Shown: positions 59,771-64,000 of the stretch, piece after piece
Position numbering within the stretch: position 1 is the stretch's first letter
How the letters are laid out: each line of letters starts with the position of its first letter
Assembly (NCBI GenBank): GCA_030248215.1
Contig: JASANG010000295.1
Span: forward strand, 434,001-498,000
DNA length: 64,000 nt
Origin: Enoplolaimus lenunculus
Lineage: Eukaryota
Direction: 5' to 3'
Position numbers and translations under genes: made by a program
Notes under the pieces: generated by a model
The model's database searches: none
What the model was told of the DNA's origin: nothing
The model's input: the letters and a program-made list of their open reading frames with translations, nothing else

Positions 59771-62700
59771 TTGGCAATGAATCGTCGTAGATTCGTTTAG
59801 CGATTGTACAGAGTCTGATAGAAGAACTGTTATTGTCAGACACCGAAAAATACAACTCAGTATATTCGCTGTTAAAGTCCTAATATAAGAATAATAACTA
59901 CTGTTTTGTACCGCCATTGCAGCCAAGTGTGTGGACTTTGTTTCCAGGAGCGCAGACAGTCTAACACGGATGACCCATTGACGTATCGCACCAGCGTGCA
60001 ATTATATTTCAGAAGAACGCAAAGCAGCGCTACAGAAACCCGATCGTTCATTTTCAACAAAATTCTAGCATGATATTGGCTTAATTAACGTGTGTGTACA
60101 CTGACGGTGAAACGAAGCAGTCACAGAACCAAGGACAAACAATCTTCTTAGGGATGCTTTAAACCTTTGCCATGCGCTGTCCGCAGCCGCACACCAACGC
60201 ACGTCCGCCGCATGTCACAATTGCTGTCATAAATTTTTTGTACATGTCAGGCGTGTTGCTAGACGCCGACTCGATAGGTCGTAAGAATAAAGTTGAATTT
60301 GCAAATTTTAAGAATGACTTGCAAATTAAAAAATAGTTTATAAGCCTTCTTTTTAAGAAATCAGTGCAAGAAAAGCTTTTTAACTAGTCCCAAAGTTAAA
60401 AAATCAACTCACTCGACGGCACACTTCCATAAAACTACGATAAATTTTACCAAAATTACCGCAATCTTCGGCAATAAATCTACCGGAACCGAATCGGAAG
60501 CTCGAGTTTTGGCAGTGCAAGAGAGAATACATACTTCCGGTTGTACGATGCTAAATATACATACCCACATTACATGGCAAACCTAATTGTACGAAAGTGC
60601 TCTTCTCATTGCTGTCAGCACAAGAAAGTTTAGGTACAAGCCACAAAAATAAGCATTACATTCAATATCGAATAAAAGATTTTGAGTTCGCATGGTTCAC
60701 AACCTTGAAAAGTTTGCCAGGCAGCTGTTTAAGCAGCATAAATCAAAAATATACCTTTATGTACGCTTGAATGAAAATAAATCAAATTACACCTTACGAT
60801 GTGTTTCGTTTCTTTGAAGCTTAAAGTTCTTTCCAATTTTAAGATAAAACTTCGGTTTTTATTCCGATGAAAAACGAACGCTTCCGGCATATTTAGCTGC
60901 GTCTATGCTACAATTTAGCAAAGAAAAAACAAGTCAATGGTATCTTCAAATAAAATTCAGGGGCTTGACTCTAGTTTCAAACGTGAACTGTAGCATTGTC
61001 TAAGTTGAACGTGCACTTAGGTCAGTTTAAGTACAAAAATTAAGAAAAATTTCCAAGCCGTTCCCGGCTGTTAAAGTTTACAAGACCTATTACAAAATGG
61101 TGATAGACTGCACATATTTTAAAAAAACAGGAACTTGACGCCGTCAACGAAAACCTACATCAAGTAAGCAACAAACCACAACAAATCACTGTTGTGTTTA
61201 AATAAAGTTAGTTTATTGAGGCGAGCTTTTTTCTAAATTATTAAGGGCCATCTTCTCAAATGTGAATAGCAACTCTATAATCAGTTAGTAATAGGTTTCC
61301 AAACTGACTAACCATTGCAGATGTTTAAATCAAAATTGGTACAGAAACGGAGCAAGTCATATACGTATTTAAAATGTGCTGATTTTTGAGCCTCAACATT
61401 CACTGGTTCAAAAGTTATAAGACCTATTACCAACTGTTGATAGGTGCTTCACACATTTGAGAATGCGGGCCGAGATTACCGGTATATAATCAATTTTCAA
61501 CGTTGCATCGTTTCCCAGGGGAGAAATCTATTCGCCGTCGTGACATATCATTATTAATTTTCAATGTTAATCATATAGTTATTGTTGTTGTAGGGATACC
61601 ACTGGATCCGTGACTCTGCTTAGTTGGAAATTTTCTGGGGAAACCCGGGAGACGCGAAATTTGAGCGTATCGGGTTAGAAAACCACTGGTTGAGATGTTT
61701 TTGGAGCCGTAGCGGGGTATTCACCTGGGGATCCAAGTGTGTGACCCGTGGGTGTAGTACTCCGTAGGCGCGAGATTTGGTGGTTTCAAATTTGAGATCT
61801 AGGTCCAATTAGGCGGTTGAAGTTGTTTTGGCGAGTCTCTAGTTTTTTGAAAGGCCAAAAGGAGGACGGATACGAGTAGTTGTAATTTTATTTAGTTGGT
61901 TTTCGACGGAATGACGCTATTTTGTTCGAATTTGGGTTGAACGCGTAGAAAAATTATGTAACGGTTACGTGCTGAATAAGGTTAGCTAGCTAGTGTTTTT
62001 CAGGGGATTTTGGCTTTTAAAAATGGCGTTTCTGTGTGTTAAAAATGTTCTATATTGTGTGTTTTTGTAACGCGGTAATTTACTATGGGTTTGAAAATTC
62101 TAATGAAGGAATATTAAATTTTCATAAAATAACGTATTGTTAAGGGAATGCTGGGTTTGAAAGATGATTTAGTCTTGGATAAACTCGCGGTTTGTATTTT
62201 CTTTTTGGTGGAAAGTAACGCTCGTACCGGGGCAGCCGGTACAAGCGCTGTACGGGCTGTACCGGTGCAGGTGGCTGTACATGGTTTTCTGATTGAAAAA
62301 TGTTGTAACGTGCGTTCAGGAGAAAAATTATTCGTTAGCGCGATTTTGAGTTGGGTTAGTCTCCGGTTGAGTCTAGCTCGACTCAACCGTGGTTTTAACC
62401 CAATTGCATTCAAATCATTGTAAATAACAAGTGAACTAATATAATATCATTATTTTGGATAAAGAGATTTGACTGGTGCAATTTATACGCCAAAGCGGAA
62501 CAAATATTATTGTGAATCTACTGCGGAGACGAAACTCACGAACTTTGCTAAAACATGGACCGAAATGCCGGGGAAACTCCGCCACGAACTCCTCCCCCTA
62601 CGAAATTCGCGTCGTCTATATCGGAAACGATTCCTGTGTCGCCTAAAACGTCGACTCAGTTGAACCCACTCGCGGAGGAGTTTCGTCCGTCAACTCCGAA

Positions 62701-64000
62701 AGGGGGCCGGTGGGCGGCAAGTCCACCGGCTCGGGAAGATCTTGCAGCATGGGAGACCACGCTACAACGAGAGGCGGAACAGGTAAAGAGCCCTGTTTTA
62801 GTTGAGTCCATAGGTAAAACCCAGAAGAATAGGTTCTACTAAAATTTCACGCATAATACGGACATAATAAATGTTGTATAATGTGTTATCGGATTTTTGA
62901 CTTTCTAATAAACTACAGGTGTCCAGTTCTGTAAGGGATAATAGCCCAACGATTTCCGGGTGTGTTCGAAATTTTGTTTCAGTATCAATTTTGAGATTGC
63001 TGTTTTACCAGATTGGCGCGCCATTATCCTTGTTAGATCCCCGCAGGACGGGGTTGTTTTTGTTATTTCGGACTCAGACTTGCGCGATTCACGACCGAGC
63101 AAGTCTGGGTCGGAATTTGTTATCGTGTCCGTACTGGGGATGGATATATTTCTTTTTCCTTGTTCCTTTTTCTTTTCCCGGTTGATTTTTGGGCCCTGAG
63201 CATTGAACGGTTATTGCGTATAGTAAAAATTTCTACAGCCCTAGAAATGGGCGGTGCGGTCCCCGTATTTGTTTTTCCTTTTTGACCACACCCTTTTACC
63301 AAGAACTTATTTTTCCCCGCACTCCGAACTTTGCCTGCCCACCGGATGGACAATATAATTTTGCCACGATGGTCAGAAATTTTATCTGGGGGCAGGAATG
63401 CGCGAGGATAAGAGTCTCCTAGCCCCAAATTTTTTTCGGGATAAGTGGCGTTTTGGAAGCATTCGCCGGCTTGCGGCCGGCAAGTAATTTTTACCAAACG
63501 GAATTGTGCGCTACGTTTTTATTCAATAATCCGGTGGCGATAAGTATTTGCATTCAGGTGGTGAATACACTGCGAGCCCGAGATGGGAAACCCATCCCGG
63601 ACATGATCGAGCGGAGTAGCATAACTAGACACAGCAGCCGGCTTCGATCAAACCATAAGGGGTACCCGCCAAGGATGAGTGGCAAGGACTTTCGATCCAG
63701 GGTAACCTACCTTATAATTGTAGCAACAACAAAACCAGGACAATCCCTGTCTGTGTCAATATGTGCGTTTTTGTAATAACCTCCACAAGAATTTATTAGG
63801 TTAAAACTAGAATTGTTATTTTTATTAGCAAATTTATTTTTTTGCCAAAAATTATATTTTCGTTTTTGTTTTTACAATCAAAAACCCCATATATACAGCC
63901 AAACCTTCTGCGTGTAATCCATTCAAAAGTACCCTGTTCATTCATTAGCATTGTTCGTTCGCTTTGGACACACTCTGGAACGTTTCTTTGGAAAAAATTA

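Noticed and set aside
58990..60070. Possible decayed minus-strand coding sequence around the cgacaa repeat
   Set aside because: Multiple stops and no recognisable motif, so a call cannot be supported.

Overview
AT-rich, intron-containing eukaryotic (invertebrate-type) DNA rich in MITEs. There is no prokaryotic operon or CRISPR signal. Contents: (1) an 87-bp satellite (~0.7-4.0 kb). (2) The first four exons of a minus-strand receptor guanylyl cyclase-like gene (10440-8253), assembled by hand and largely missed by the ORF track. (3) A decayed Gypsy-like remnant (~11.2-15.3 kb). (4) A full-length, frameshifted CsRn1-type Ty3/Gypsy LTR retrotransposon (19387-25694, minus; TG..CA LTRs, ACGG target duplication, tRNA-Trp PBS). 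Its architecture is unusual: hydrophobic leader - 2A peptide - IMPACT/UPF0029 domain - second 2A-like peptide - Gag - (-1 slippery site plus pseudoknot) - PR-RT-RH-IN - PWWP domain. This is the best candidate for a new system. (5) A 5'-truncated L1/Tx1-type LINE. (6) Two tandem Runt-domain genes with matching intron phases: a ~1,200-aa polyQ Runx lacking VWRPY, and a short, highly degenerate paralogue. (7) A ~2.8-kb probable assembly artefact (C-depleted fold-back read) splitting the last Runx exon. All domain calls come from motif recognition by eye, not database searches.
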